64,000 nucleotides of DNA, taken from positions 27,493 through 91,492 of the forward strand of contig QCCZ01000001.1 in the NCBI GenBank assembly GCA_003281085.1, in the 5' to 3' direction. A program made the position numbers and the translations under genes. Positions 9,422 to 18,984 of the stretch are shown in pieces (position 1 is the stretch's first letter; every line of letters starts with the position of its first letter). Under the pieces are notes generated by a model. The model saw only the letters and a program-made list of their open reading frames with translations, was not told where the DNA came from and did no database searches. Origin of the DNA: OCS155 cluster bacterium AG-349-E07 (GTDB taxonomy: Bacteria > Actinomycetota > Acidimicrobiia > Actinomarinales > Actinomarinaceae).

Positions 9422-9939
9422 CTATCTAGTAAAATTTTTTGTGCCCTTGAACTAACAGATTTTCTTTCATCATTCTTTAACTGTTTTGCAATAATCTTAA
9501 CCTTTGATTTCAATATTTTGTCTGTCTTGGATAATTTTTCTAAGAGTTTTAAACCTTGAACGAGTATCATCCAGTCTTTACTGTTTTCCACCCAGCTCAA
9601 TGCATTTTTACTAATAATTTTGTATTCTTTATCATCAAAATATGAAATGAAATCATAATAAATTGTAATAAGCCCAAGCTTCACTACATTATGCTCAGAC
9701 TTTGAAAACTCATCTATGAATCTTTTTTTATTTTTAACAAAAATATGATTATCGTCTTTTATTATTCTCTTTGTTGCATTCATCGCTCTCATTGCAACTA
9801 AAGAATTGTTAGAAAAAAAACATAAGAACAATTTATCAATTTCTTTTATATTGTTTTGAATATGTTCTACTACTTTTAATGTCTTTCCAAGTGAGTTTTG
9901 TTTTCCTTTGCTTAGCTCAAATTCAAAATCTAATTCCAT
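9418..9939 (-). CDS. Hypothetical protein (helical, 173 aa)
   Basis: Clean ORF convergent with 9164..9421 (4-nt overlap). No diagnostic motif recognised. Confidence 0.45.
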   Translation of the reverse strand: MELDFEFELSKGKQNSLGKTLKVVEHIQNNIKEIDKLFLCFFSNNSLVAMRAMNATKRIIKDDNHIFVKNKKRFIDEFSKSEHNVVKLGLITIYYDFISYFDDKEYKIISKNALSWVENSKDWMILVQGLKLLEKLSKTDKILKSKVKIIAKQLKNDERKSVSSRAQKILLDS

Positions 9940-9947
9940 GACTAAGC

Positions 9948-12900
9948 CTATTGTGAATTTTTACTCACCAATGGAATACTTGCAAGTAGATCATCTGGTA
10001 TGTCGTCTACTGATCCTACGTAATTACCATATGAGCTTAAAAATTCTTCCTGAACTCCTTCATCAGAAAAAATGATATCAAAAATATTTGGATGATTAAC
10101 AACATTTGGTGCTCCACCACCCCTGTACTGTTCTGCTGATGGATTAATTTCTCTAATCCTTGACCCATTAGGTCCATAGCCATCTTGAGACATCATAATT
10201 ACTCCATAGTGCCATTCTTCAGGACTTCCACCACCAAGCTGGTTTTCAATATCAAGCTTTACAACTATTACACCTTTGTCTGGTACAACGACAATATCAA
10301 ATTGATTAGTCACTAATTCTGACTCTCCACTTGGTAGTGACTTCCAAATTTGTGGTTCCCATCCTTCTATCACAATATGATATTCCCAACCAGACCCATC
10401 TGGCATTTTTCCAAACCTATAGTTACCTAGCTGTTTTACTCCGGTGTCAGATCCAAAGTCTTTATCAATATACACATCAATTGTTTGGACAGATAGACTT
10501 CTTGGAGATCCCCATGGGTTTTTTACAGCACTTAAAATATCAAAATTCATAACAAGACTTCCATCCGCGATACCTGCTGAAAAGCCCTCAAAATCGTAAC
10601 TTCCAGGTATAAAGACACCGTCCGTTGGATAGGTATATGAACCTTCTCCATGGTCATCTTTAATTGGATCTTTTATATCTAAAAATAGCTCAACATTTGA
10701 AACTTCAGGAACAAATAATGCAAGAGGCCTAGATGGCTGGATGTAGGTATCAAAAGAATCTGAATAAAGTCGAAGTTTAATCTTATCTCCGAAACTCAGT
10801 GAACCTAATTCACCGAGTGGAATTTTTAGATAAAGTTCATTTCCAAAAGCAGAAACCTCTGTTGTTTCCTTAGTTAAGCAGTTTGTTGAAAATGTTTCTT
10901 CTTTAACACTTCCCTCATTAGGTAAATCTCTTTTTGTACACGTAAAATATGAACCATTTTGAAGTTCTTCACCACGATGAAATATTGCCTGAGTAGTTTC
11001 AATACCTATAAATTCTTGATTTGAAACTACGCCATCTTTAAATGGAACTGAAGACCTTCTAATCTTTGTTCTGGACGGACTTTCTAAATAGATATCTAGA
11101 TCAGTATTTTGCCAAGGATTAGATTCCTGCATTGCTGAGGAGGATTTTTGTATAGAAATATATAAATGTTCATCTGAGAATCTATATTGTATTTTTGAAA
11201 TTGTATCTGAAGTCTCTATTTCTCCAGCATCGCTCCATATCTCTTCATTTGTTGTTCCCTTTACAAGTAAAGCTTGATTTGAATTCAAAATTGAATCTGA
11301 TTGCTTATCAAATAATTGAGCAGCAGGAGAAATAATAGGAATATCTAAATATGATGGGGGTTCTTGACCGAGCGATGTATAAACATTTTTAAGAAGGTTT
11401 CTAAATGCTGAACCAAAGTAATCATCATTTCCGCTGGATTGATCACTCCCATACCACCAGAACCAATCTGAACCTTCTGCTAGCAGCATATAATCAAATG
11501 CCTTTTCTAGTTGTTCTACTGTATATTCACCGGATGCATTCGATCTATCGTAAAAAGCTCTTGTTTTTTGCAAATAATCCCATGCATATGTCTCTTCTGT
11601 CTCTCCTATCCATGTAGCAAAATTTGGTTGAAACCAAGATGCTGGAAATACTTTATCTAATTTATCAATTTGGGGCTCATATTTTTCAATATACTCAGTT
11701 GGAGTTGTTGTTTTTAACCATTCTGTAGTCGTGAGCGTTTCGTACATTAAGCTTAGAAAGTCTATACCATCATTTTGATAATGCTCCCATGCATTCTCAC
11801 CATCTAACACGATAGAAACAACAAGTGGCCTATCTAATGTCACACTTACTTCTCTTGCGGCTTCTAGTGCCGTCATCATATCAGCAACTGCCATCTCAGG
11901 AGACATTCCGCTGTAAGTAAAACCAACCTGGTCAGAGATAGATAAGTCTCTAAAGAAAATAGCAACATCATCCTGTCTGTTTAGTTGACCATACCATGGT
12001 GTGTAAAGGACTTCCGGATTAGTAACGATACCTTTTGTGTTTCTTTTAAATGTTGGGATATCTAAAGACTTAGACAATACATGTTCACCTGTTGCAATCC
12101 ACTTTATACCTTCTTTAGCAAACATGCCTAAGACTTCTTGTGAAACAGCTCCCTCAGCTGGCCACATTCCTGTAGGTCTTTGACCTAGAAGTTCCTCAGC
12201 TAAATCCAACCCTTTCTCAACTTGGATTGCAGCATCTGTGGGTTTACTGAATCTATTTTTTGGCAACTCAGCTCCTATATCTCCTACTGAAGCCAAGTTT
12301 GTATCAAATATTAAAGGAAGAATTGGATGTGCATACGGGGTAGTAGTAATTTCAATCTGACCAGTTTTCCACAACTCAGCATGGGTTGGGATAACCTTAT
12401 CAATTAGTTTTGAATGTTCATTCAACAAAACAAATTTATCATCTTCAGAAAAGTCTCTACCTTTACTAACAAGATTTTTTAATGGTTCTTGTGCTAAATA
12501 TTTTGGATCTGTCCATGCCAAATTAAATAATAGTTGCAGATCTCTATAGTCTTGATTTGTCCAGGAAGATGAGTTCTGACTAGAATTTCTAAGTTCTACA
12601 TATCTTGGAAATCGTGCAATTACTTTTGGATTTGTATCAAAAAAACGAGAAATAATAAATTTTTTATCATCTAGAGTCAAAATATCTGCATCGATTTCTG
12701 TGTAGTACCAATATAAATCTTTTGCACCATTTGAGAAATCTTCAAGTTGTCTTAACAAAACTGGCGTTAAATTAAATGTGGCTTTCATCTCTGGATAGTC
12801 AGAAACTAACTCAACCATATCAAGATAATCCTTAGTTGCATGAACTCTCACCCAGGGTCTTGTGTAATAGCCATCATCATTTTTTGTATAAAATGGCTGA

Positions 12901-13097
12901 TGTTGATGCCACATTAGCATCACATATAACTCTGGCTCTTCTTCAACAATCTCTTGCTCATTTATCATTGTCGTGGTGGTTTTATCAATGACATCATTAT
13001 CCACTGATGGCTGAGAACAAAATACAAAAAGTAACATCAAAAGTATGCTGAATTTTTTCATCTTTAAGATATCATAATCTCTATGGTAGAAATTCAT
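9948..13097 (-). CDS. Secreted glycoside hydrolase family 57 enzyme (alpha-amylase/pullulanase-like) with a large C-terminal extension
   Basis: GH57 motifs are present: WHQHQPFY, RPWVRVHATKDYLDM, TTPYAHPILPL, WPAEGAVS, DGENAWE. The signal peptide MKKFSILLMLLFVFC suggests the real start is Met13 (13061). Confidence 0.85.
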   Translation of the reverse strand: MNFYHRDYDILKMKKFSILLMLLFVFCSQPSVDNDVIDKTTTTMINEQEIVEEEPELYVMLMWHQHQPFYTKNDDGYYTRPWVRVHATKDYLDMVELVSDYPEMKATFNLTPVLLRQLEDFSNGAKDLYWYYTEIDADILTLDDKKFIISRFFDTNPKVIARFPRYVELRNSSQNSSSWTNQDYRDLQLLFNLAWTDPKYLAQEPLKNLVSKGRDFSEDDKFVLLNEHSKLIDKVIPTHAELWKTGQIEITTTPYAHPILPLIFDTNLASVGDIGAELPKNRFSKPTDAAIQVEKGLDLAEELLGQRPTGMWPAEGAVSQEVLGMFAKEGIKWIATGEHVLSKSLDIPTFKRNTKGIVTNPEVLYTPWYGQLNRQDDVAIFFRDLSISDQVGFTYSGMSPEMAVADMMTALEAAREVSVTLDRPLVVSIVLDGENAWEHYQNDGIDFLSLMYETLTTTEWLKTTTPTEYIEKYEPQIDKLDKVFPASWFQPNFATWIGETEETYAWDYLQKTRAFYDRSNASGEYTVEQLEKAFDYMLLAEGSDWFWWYGSDQSSGNDDYFGSAFRNLLKNVYTSLGQEPPSYLDIPIISPAAQLFDKQSDSILNSNQALLVKGTTNEEIWSDAGEIETSDTISKIQYRFSDEHLYISIQKSSSAMQESNPWQNTDLDIYLESPSRTKIRRSSVPFKDGVVSNQEFIGIETTQAIFHRGEELQNGSYFTCTKRDLPNEGSVKEETFSTNCLTKETTEVSAFGNELYLKIPLGELGSLSFGDKIKLRLYSDSFDTYIQPSRPLALFVPEVSNVELFLDIKDPIKDDHGEGSYTYPTDGVFIPGSYDFEGFSAGIADGSLVMNFDILSAVKNPWGSPRSLSVQTIDVYIDKDFGSDTGVKQLGNYRFGKMPDGSGWEYHIVIEGWEPQIWKSLPSGESELVTNQFDIVVVPDKGVIVVKLDIENQLGGGSPEEWHYGVIMMSQDGYGPNGSRIREINPSAEQYRGGGAPNVVNHPNIFDIIFSDEGVQEEFLSSYGNYVGSVDDIPDDLLASIPLVSKNSQ

Positions 13098-13559
13098 AAT
13101 ACTGTTATAAAAGTCTTTGAAGAAAATAAAGAAGCTCTAGAAATTTTTGAATGTAAAGATGAATTCTCAGATACTCAAAACTTCTGTGATTACTACGGAT
13201 TTGATATTGAAGATTCATGTAATGCAATTTTAATAAAAGCAAAGAAGCCTGAAGAATTCTATGCAATGTTTTGTGTACTAGGCTCAACAAGACTAGATGT
13301 AAATCAAAAAGCAAAAACTGCTATGGGTGCAAAAAGAGTAAGTTTTGCATCTAGAGAAGAAGCAGAAGAAGTAACCAATCAAACATATGGTGGAATCAGT
13401 CCTCTAGGATTACCTGATAATATAAAAATATTTATTGATAAAAATGTTATGAGTAGAGAAAAACTATTTATAGGTGCTGGTAATAGAGTATCTAAATTTT
13501 TCCTATCTCCAGAATCATTGGTTGATTTAACTGACGCAGAAGTTTTAGATTTAACCTAG
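13083..13559 (+). CDS. YbaK/ProX-type aminoacyl-tRNA editing domain protein
   Basis: 158 aa with YGGISPLG and a FIGAGN-type C-terminal region, as in the YbaK/EbsC deacylase family. Confidence 0.7.
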   Translation: MVEIHNTVIKVFEENKEALEIFECKDEFSDTQNFCDYYGFDIEDSCNAILIKAKKPEEFYAMFCVLGSTRLDVNQKAKTAMGAKRVSFASREEAEEVTNQTYGGISPLGLPDNIKIFIDKNVMSREKLFIGAGNRVSKFFLSPESLVDLTDAEVLDLT

Positions 13560-13994
13560 GCCAGATCTACATAAGCTGGCTGCTTGAGGAAGTAGTGCTT
13601 GTCCATTAAAGCCTGGAAATCTTCCGCCCTGTAAATATGTTCTAAGACTCCCCTTAATATTCTCGAACTCATCTGGATCGAGTGTTTGAGGTTCCAATAG
13701 TATCTGTAAACTATCTGGTAATCTTTCCTCTAAAAATTCCCTTTGATAACTATCTAAATTATCAACGTACTCTGAAAGAAGATTTACAGACACCTCATAG
13801 CTATCAATGACTTCAACACAATTTTCATATTCAATTTTTGTAAGAGGGCTTGTGTCAACTTCATAATCTGCTCTGTATTGAAAAAACAAAACTATTGCAA
13901 TAAATATTAAAAGTGAATACAACAAAAACTTTAATGGAAAAAGAACAATCTTTTTTACAGGCCAAAGTACTAATTTAAATAATCTTTTAAACAT
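13551..13994 (-). CDS. Hypothetical membrane-anchored protein
   Basis: 147-aa ORF with an N-terminal TM helix (LLYSLLIFIAIVLFF). No motif recognised. Confidence 0.45.
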   Translation of the reverse strand: MFKRLFKLVLWPVKKIVLFPLKFLLYSLLIFIAIVLFFQYRADYEVDTSPLTKIEYENCVEVIDSYEVSVNLLSEYVDNLDSYQREFLEERLPDSLQILLEPQTLDPDEFENIKGSLRTYLQGGRFPGFNGQALLPQAASLCRSGLG

Positions 13995-14001
13995 ATGTTT
14001 T

Positions 14002-14802
14002 TTAGTTTAATGCTATGACGAGACACTGACATGCACCGCCTGATTTTAAAAACTCTGAAACATTTGCAACTTTAGAAGTTAATCCAAGATCCTCGACTAC
14101 TTTTATGGCATCTATGTTTTCAGATGGAAAAATAACTGTATCTTCTATAACAACTGCATTACAAGCAAGCTTGTTGGCATCGCTCTCAGATACGGGTATC
14201 AATTCAAATAATTCGGAAAATGCACTTAAAGAATTATCTTTAAAAGCCTCGGGATAGAAAATTGCATGACCATTAGAGAAATGTTGAAAACAGGTATCTA
14301 GATGATAGAACTTCTCTTGGGCTAGCTCTACAATGACTGGTTCTAATTCAAAGTGTTCTGCAATATAAAGGAGTGCCTCTTTATCACTTCTTACTCCATA
14401 CGATCCAACTAGATAGTCTCCATAAACAAAGGCATCTCCCCGACCCTCGAATTTATAGTCAGGGGGGATTCGTGAAACATTGTACTCATTTTCTTTAAAC
14501 CATTTGATATAAATTTCCTCTTCACCCCTACGCTCTTCAAATTTGAAGTTAGCGATTAATACATCATTACCTCTGATTATTCCTGAGTTTGCAGTAAAAA
14601 CTAAATCAGGATGGTTTTCACTTGGAGGTACTACTTTTACTTCTGCTCCTGCTTCCTCAATTGTTCGTTTGAGACCATTCCACTGATCTTTTGCTAGTTC
14701 GAGGTCAACGTTTGTTCCTGGAACCATCCAAGGATTTATTGAGTATTCAACTTTAAAATACTCTGGGGAACTCATTAAAACTATCTTTTGAGACATAGGC
14801 AC
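14002..14802 (-). CDS. Amidinotransferase/DDAH-superfamily (guanidino-group modifying) enzyme
   Basis: FKVEYSINPWM N-terminal motif, FYHLDTCF, and a C-terminal SGGACQC with the expected catalytic Cys position. Confidence 0.65.
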   Translation of the reverse strand: MPMSQKIVLMSSPEYFKVEYSINPWMVPGTNVDLELAKDQWNGLKRTIEEAGAEVKVVPPSENHPDLVFTANSGIIRGNDVLIANFKFEERRGEEEIYIKWFKENEYNVSRIPPDYKFEGRGDAFVYGDYLVGSYGVRSDKEALLYIAEHFELEPVIVELAQEKFYHLDTCFQHFSNGHAIFYPEAFKDNSLSAFSELFELIPVSESDANKLACNAVVIEDTVIFPSENIDAIKVVEDLGLTSKVANVSEFLKSGGACQCLVIALN

Positions 14803-14840
14803 AGTTTACATTTTTATACATTAAATGTATATTTTTACAT

Positions 14841-15362
14841 ATGAAAGAATATTCTTTTTCTTCTATAGACGGTGACCTAGCTGCTAAGTGTCATGAATTA
14901 AATGAAAAGAACGTACCTAATGTTGGGTCTCGCTCTTTAGAGGGATTAACAAATTCTATTGAAAACTCAGACTATAACGAAGCTATTGTTTTTGAAAATA
15001 AAGTAATTGGATTTGTGGTTTGTTTCCAAGACAATGAATTAACAAAATCTTACATGAAGAAAACTGCACATAAAAATTTTAAAGAAATTAGCAACAGAGT
15101 TGATAATTTTTTGTACATTGACAGAATTGCTGTGGATGCTAGATATAGAAACAATAAGTTAGGCACAAGTCTTTATAAAAATATTTTAAATTACGCAAAA
15201 GAAAACTCAATAGAACATTTAACTGCTGAAATAAATTTGCTTCCATCTATTAATGAAGCCTCTTTTAAATTTCATGAGTCTTTTGGTTTTGAAGAATTAG
15301 GAAACGTAAAATATTCTGAAGATTACGAGGTCTCATTACAAAAGCTAACAATAAATAGTTAG
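14841..15362 (+). CDS. GNAT family N-acetyltransferase
   Basis: IAVDARYRNNKLGTSLY matches the acetyl-CoA-binding motif A (Q/RxxGxG/A-like). Size is typical. Confidence 0.7.
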   Translation: MKEYSFSSIDGDLAAKCHELNEKNVPNVGSRSLEGLTNSIENSDYNEAIVFENKVIGFVVCFQDNELTKSYMKKTAHKNFKEISNRVDNFLYIDRIAVDARYRNNKLGTSLYKNILNYAKENSIEHLTAEINLLPSINEASFKFHESFGFEELGNVKYSEDYEVSLQKLTINS

Positions 15363-15371
15363 AATACATTT

Positions 15372-15653
15372 ATGCAATTCAAATTACCTAGGCGACATAG
15401 AAAAAGTTTTGAAGTATCAACAAAAAAGAAATTAAATACCAAATTTAATAAATCAGAATCACTTGAAATTTTTGAGACCATAAAGAATGAATACAATAGT
15501 AGTCCAGTAACATTTGGTTCTTCGTCTGGTAAAAAAGAAGCACTATTAGAACTACTAATTATTACTGCAAGTCAGATAGCAGCAGAATACAAAGACTGTG
15601 ATGTTGTACTAAATCAGGGAGTTCCTGAAATTAAAAAGAGTAGATCATCATGA
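15372..15653 (+). CDS. Hypothetical protein (93 aa, basic N-terminus)
   Basis: ORF whose stop overlaps the next start (ATGA at 15650). No motif recognised. Confidence 0.35.
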   Translation: MQFKLPRRHRKSFEVSTKKKLNTKFNKSESLEIFETIKNEYNSSPVTFGSSSGKKEALLELLIITASQIAAEYKDCDVVLNQGVPEIKKSRSS

Positions 15654-16636
15654 CAAAATTAATTATTGATGCTGACACCGGATCAGATGATGCAGTTGCC
15701 TTATTGATGGCATATCGCAATTTACCAGAAGATAAAATACTTGGTGTTACAGTTGTTGCAGGAAATGTCCCACTTGAACAGGGATTAATAAATACAAGTT
15801 ACGTAAATGAACTTTGTGAAGTACAAATTCCAATATACAAAGGAGCTGAGAAGCCTTTAGAGAGAAATTACATTGAAGTTCATGATTCAGATGAATCAAC
15901 AAAAATAGCTCTCAGCTATGGAAATGATTCTACTTCAGCACAAAATGTACATGGTGTAGATGGCTTAGGTGATATTGGTATTAAGCCCCAAAACCATAAA
16001 ATTGAAGATTCATCTGCACAAGATTTCTATAAGCAAATTTTGGAAGAACAGGAAGAAATTGAAATCGTAACATTAGGGCCTCTGACAAATATTGCTGGTT
16101 TGGTACAAAATAATTCTGATAAATTAGGCAAAATAAAACACTGCTACATTATGGGTGGAAGCTCAAATGCATTAGGGAATATTACTAAGTTTGCTGAGTA
16201 CAATTTCTGGGTAGACCCAGAGGCTGCAGATATTGTACTAAACTCTGGAATTCCAATTACAGTAATTGGTTGGGATCCATCACTATATGATGCCATGATA
16301 AATACAGAAAAAATTCAAGAAATAGAATCTATTGGTACAAAATATTCTAAATTTACCAATGATATTCAAGTTGTCCTAAGGGAAATGATGAAAGATATAT
16401 TTGGAAGTGATAGTTATGACTTGCCTGATCCATTAGCAATGTCGGTTTACTTAGATAATGAAATTATTAGTCAATCTGCCCAAGTAAATGTAAGAGTTGA
16501 TACAAGAGATGGAATGACAAGAGGTGGTTGTGTTCTTGATTATCTTAATTTAGAACCTGATGCACCAAAAGTGCGAGTAGTTCAGAGATGTCATGGAGAC
16601 AAGTTTTATAATCTTTTAAAGCAAAGTCTTGCTTAA
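15650..16636 (+). CDS. Inosine/uridine-preferring nucleoside hydrolase family protein
   Basis: N-terminal IIDADTGSDDAVALLMA matches the IUNH aspartate cluster DxDxxxDD. Confidence 0.9.
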   Translation: MTKLIIDADTGSDDAVALLMAYRNLPEDKILGVTVVAGNVPLEQGLINTSYVNELCEVQIPIYKGAEKPLERNYIEVHDSDESTKIALSYGNDSTSAQNVHGVDGLGDIGIKPQNHKIEDSSAQDFYKQILEEQEEIEIVTLGPLTNIAGLVQNNSDKLGKIKHCYIMGGSSNALGNITKFAEYNFWVDPEAADIVLNSGIPITVIGWDPSLYDAMINTEKIQEIESIGTKYSKFTNDIQVVLREMMKDIFGSDSYDLPDPLAMSVYLDNEIISQSAQVNVRVDTRDGMTRGGCVLDYLNLEPDAPKVRVVQRCHGDKFYNLLKQSLA

Positions 16637-17241
16637 TGGTTTCAAACTCTGCAGTAATAGAGTTAATAATCCTTCAAATAAGTGTCGCTTTTAGCCCTGG
16701 TTTAATAATTGCTCTAATTGTTAATGAATCTGTACAAAAAAGTAGAAAAAATGGACTTCAAGTAGCAGGGGGTGCAGCAACAGGGGCAATTTTTATTACA
16801 ATCATTACGGGTGGAGTTGTCACATTCGTTTTTAATTTAATTCCTCAAATTTTAACCATTATTTATATCATTGGAATTATCTACATTTTATACAAAGGTA
16901 TCGATACTATTAGATCTGGAGTCGAGACCCAAAGTAAAGTTATTAGTAGTGGATCATTTAATGCAGGAATGAAACTAAACCTCATTAATCCAAAGATGTG
17001 GGTATTTTATCTTTCTGTATTACCTATTTTTGTTACAGAAAGTGGAAATGTATTTTTACAGTTAATTTACTTAGGGATTGTAACTATTTTTGTTAACCTC
17101 ATTGCAGATGTTAGCTATGCATTCATGAGTAGTTACTTTTTCCAATCTTCTTCAATTAAAATAAAGAAGCTAATAAATACAATTAGTGGTATTTGTTTGG
17201 TCTTAATTGGAATCTATCTATTTTTTAGTAGATTTCTTTGA
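16636..17241 (+). CDS. LysE/RhtB family amino-acid exporter
   Basis: 201 aa with about six TM helices and an N-terminal FSPGL motif. 1-nt overlap with the upstream stop. Confidence 0.75.
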   Translation: MVSNSAVIELIILQISVAFSPGLIIALIVNESVQKSRKNGLQVAGGAATGAIFITIITGGVVTFVFNLIPQILTIIYIIGIIYILYKGIDTIRSGVETQSKVISSGSFNAGMKLNLINPKMWVFYLSVLPIFVTESGNVFLQLIYLGIVTIFVNLIADVSYAFMSSYFFQSSSIKIKKLINTISGICLVLIGIYLFFSRFL

Positions 17242-18162
17242 ACCTTTAGCGTCATCATCCTTAAATAGTTCTGCTACTGCCCCGATGCTTCCAAGTGTTG
17301 CTGAAAGATCTGCAGGTAAGAATATCTTTGTTGCCTTACCGTTCGCAACTTTTTCTAAAGATTCAAGATACTTAATTGCAATCAAGTCATTTGTTGGATC
17401 ACCTTTATGAATTGCATCAAAAACTTTTTCAATTGCTTCTGCCTCACCCTCAGCGATGGCAATTTTTTCATACTTCTGTGCATCAGCAACTTGCTTCAAT
17501 GCTTCAGCTTCACCAGTTGCATCAAGAACTTGCGATTCTTTTCTACCTTCTGCTGTAAGAATAGCTGCTCTCTTTTCACCTTCAGCTTCTGTTACAACAG
17601 CTCTTCTGTCTCTCTCAGCTTTCATAACTTTGTTCATAGCATCTTGAACATCTTGAGGTGGATCGATTCTTTGAATTTCGACTCTTACAACTCTTGTTCC
17701 CCACTTATCAGTAGCTTCATCAAGAATTAATTTAAGAGAAGTATTAATTGTTTCCCTTGAAGTCAATGCAGCATCTAACTCAAGGTCACCAACAACATTT
17801 CTTAGGTTAGTTTGTGCTAATTTTGTAGCTGCAGTAATGAAGTCTCCTACGTTATAAACGAGTTTCTTAGGGTCAGTCGGTTCATAGTAAATAACAGCAT
17901 CAACTGTAATAGTTACATTGTCTTTAGTAATAACTTCTTGTGGAGGAACATCTATAACTTGTTCTCTCATATCAACGATAATAATTCTCTCAAGTCCAGG
18001 TATTACTATATTCAATCCTGAACTAGCCTCTCTGTTAAACTTACCTAATCTTTCAACTAAGCCGGTTTCAAAGGGTCTAATAATTCTGAAGATTCTAAAA
18101 AGTATTACCCCTAGGAATACAATTATTAAAATCCATCTAACTAATCCAAATATAAATTCCAT
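17218..18162 (-). CDS. SPFH/band-7 (stomatin-like) protein
   Basis: N-terminal TM helix, an SPFH core (VDMREQVIDVPPQEVITKDNV...) and an Ala/Glu-rich coiled-coil tail. Confidence 0.9.
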   Translation of the reverse strand: MEFIFGLVRWILIIVFLGVILFRIFRIIRPFETGLVERLGKFNREASSGLNIVIPGLERIIIVDMREQVIDVPPQEVITKDNVTITVDAVIYYEPTDPKKLVYNVGDFITAATKLAQTNLRNVVGDLELDAALTSRETINTSLKLILDEATDKWGTRVVRVEIQRIDPPQDVQDAMNKVMKAERDRRAVVTEAEGEKRAAILTAEGRKESQVLDATGEAEALKQVADAQKYEKIAIAEGEAEAIEKVFDAIHKGDPTNDLIAIKYLESLEKVANGKATKIFLPADLSATLGSIGAVAELFKDDDAKGSKKSTKK

Positions 18163-18171
18163 AATCTTATT

Positions 18172-18606
18172 TTACTCCTCGTTCGTTTGTACTTCTAATT
18201 TTGTACCATTGACATTTACTACTTTTACTTCAGTACCTGCTGGAATTCTCTTATCTAATGATACTACTTGCCAGTCATCACCATATACATGCTGAAGTGT
18301 TGGATCATATTTGTCTAATTCTTCAGTTGTCACAAAGGTTGTACCTATATATTTATTTACACCTTCAGAAAAGTTTTCTGATTCTTCTTTTTTTCCTCTT
18401 CTTGGACCAAATATTTTTACAGAAATATATACCCCGACAATACTGAATACGACAAATGTTCCAAGCTGAATATCCTGACTATCGGTAATAAGTGAGGCAA
18501 TACCTGCGGAAAACGCTCCAATTGCAAAGGGTAACATGAAAAAGGTTGTTACTAATAATTCGGCAAGTACTAAAACCGCAGCGGCAATGAACCAAATTTG
18601 TGTCAT
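18172..18606 (-). CDS. NfeD family membrane protein
   Basis: TM helices followed by a C-terminal OB-like segment (GTEVKVVNVNGTKLEV). Sits immediately upstream of the SPFH gene, the classic NfeD-stomatin pairing. Confidence 0.8.
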   Translation of the reverse strand: MTQIWFIAAAVLVLAELLVTTFFMLPFAIGAFSAGIASLITDSQDIQLGTFVVFSIVGVYISVKIFGPRRGKKEESENFSEGVNKYIGTTFVTTEELDKYDPTLQHVYGDDWQVVSLDKRIPAGTEVKVVNVNGTKLEVQTNEE

Positions 18607-18615
18607 ACTGACAAT

Positions 18616-18984
18616 CTAACTATCTTGATTGTCCATTTCAAGTTGTTCTTGTTCAAAACGATTTAATGCTAATAGAAACATTACAAACAATATTGAAGAT
18701 CCGATTAAAAAAGTTATAGGAAGAATTCTTATTTCAAATGCATTTAGTCCATCAATTGAAGCCGGTGCTGGACCTCTTGGTGCGTAAAGAATAAAAAATA
18801 TTGAGTTGATTACGCCCCAACCAAATATTGCTGCTCCAGTAATTAAAAAACCTAGTCTTTTTCCCAGGTTTGTGGCATTTAATAAAAATGTGGAACCAGC
18901 AAACACAATTAGAGAACCTATAAACATTATGATTCCTGTAACTAACAGGTTAGACGAGAGAAGAGATCTCATTATTTCACGCAT
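18616..18984 (-). CDS. Hypothetical four-TM membrane protein, last gene of the Rieske/cytochrome b operon
   Basis: 122 aa. The start overlaps the cytochrome c stop by 8 nt (ATGCGTGA), implying co-translation with the complex. Confidence 0.55.
   Translation of the reverse strand: MREIMRSLLSSNLLVTGIIMFIGSLIVFAGSTFLLNATNLGKRLGFLITGAAIFGWGVINSIFFILYAPRGPAPASIDGLNAFEIRILPITFLIGSSILFVMFLLALNRFEQEQLEMDNQDS

Noticed and set aside
17207-18295. Cluster of plus-strand ORFs (17207, 17376, 17407, 17456, 17918) antisense to the SPFH gene
   Set aside because: The multiple overlapping frames have low-complexity products. The minus-strand SPFH reading is unambiguous.
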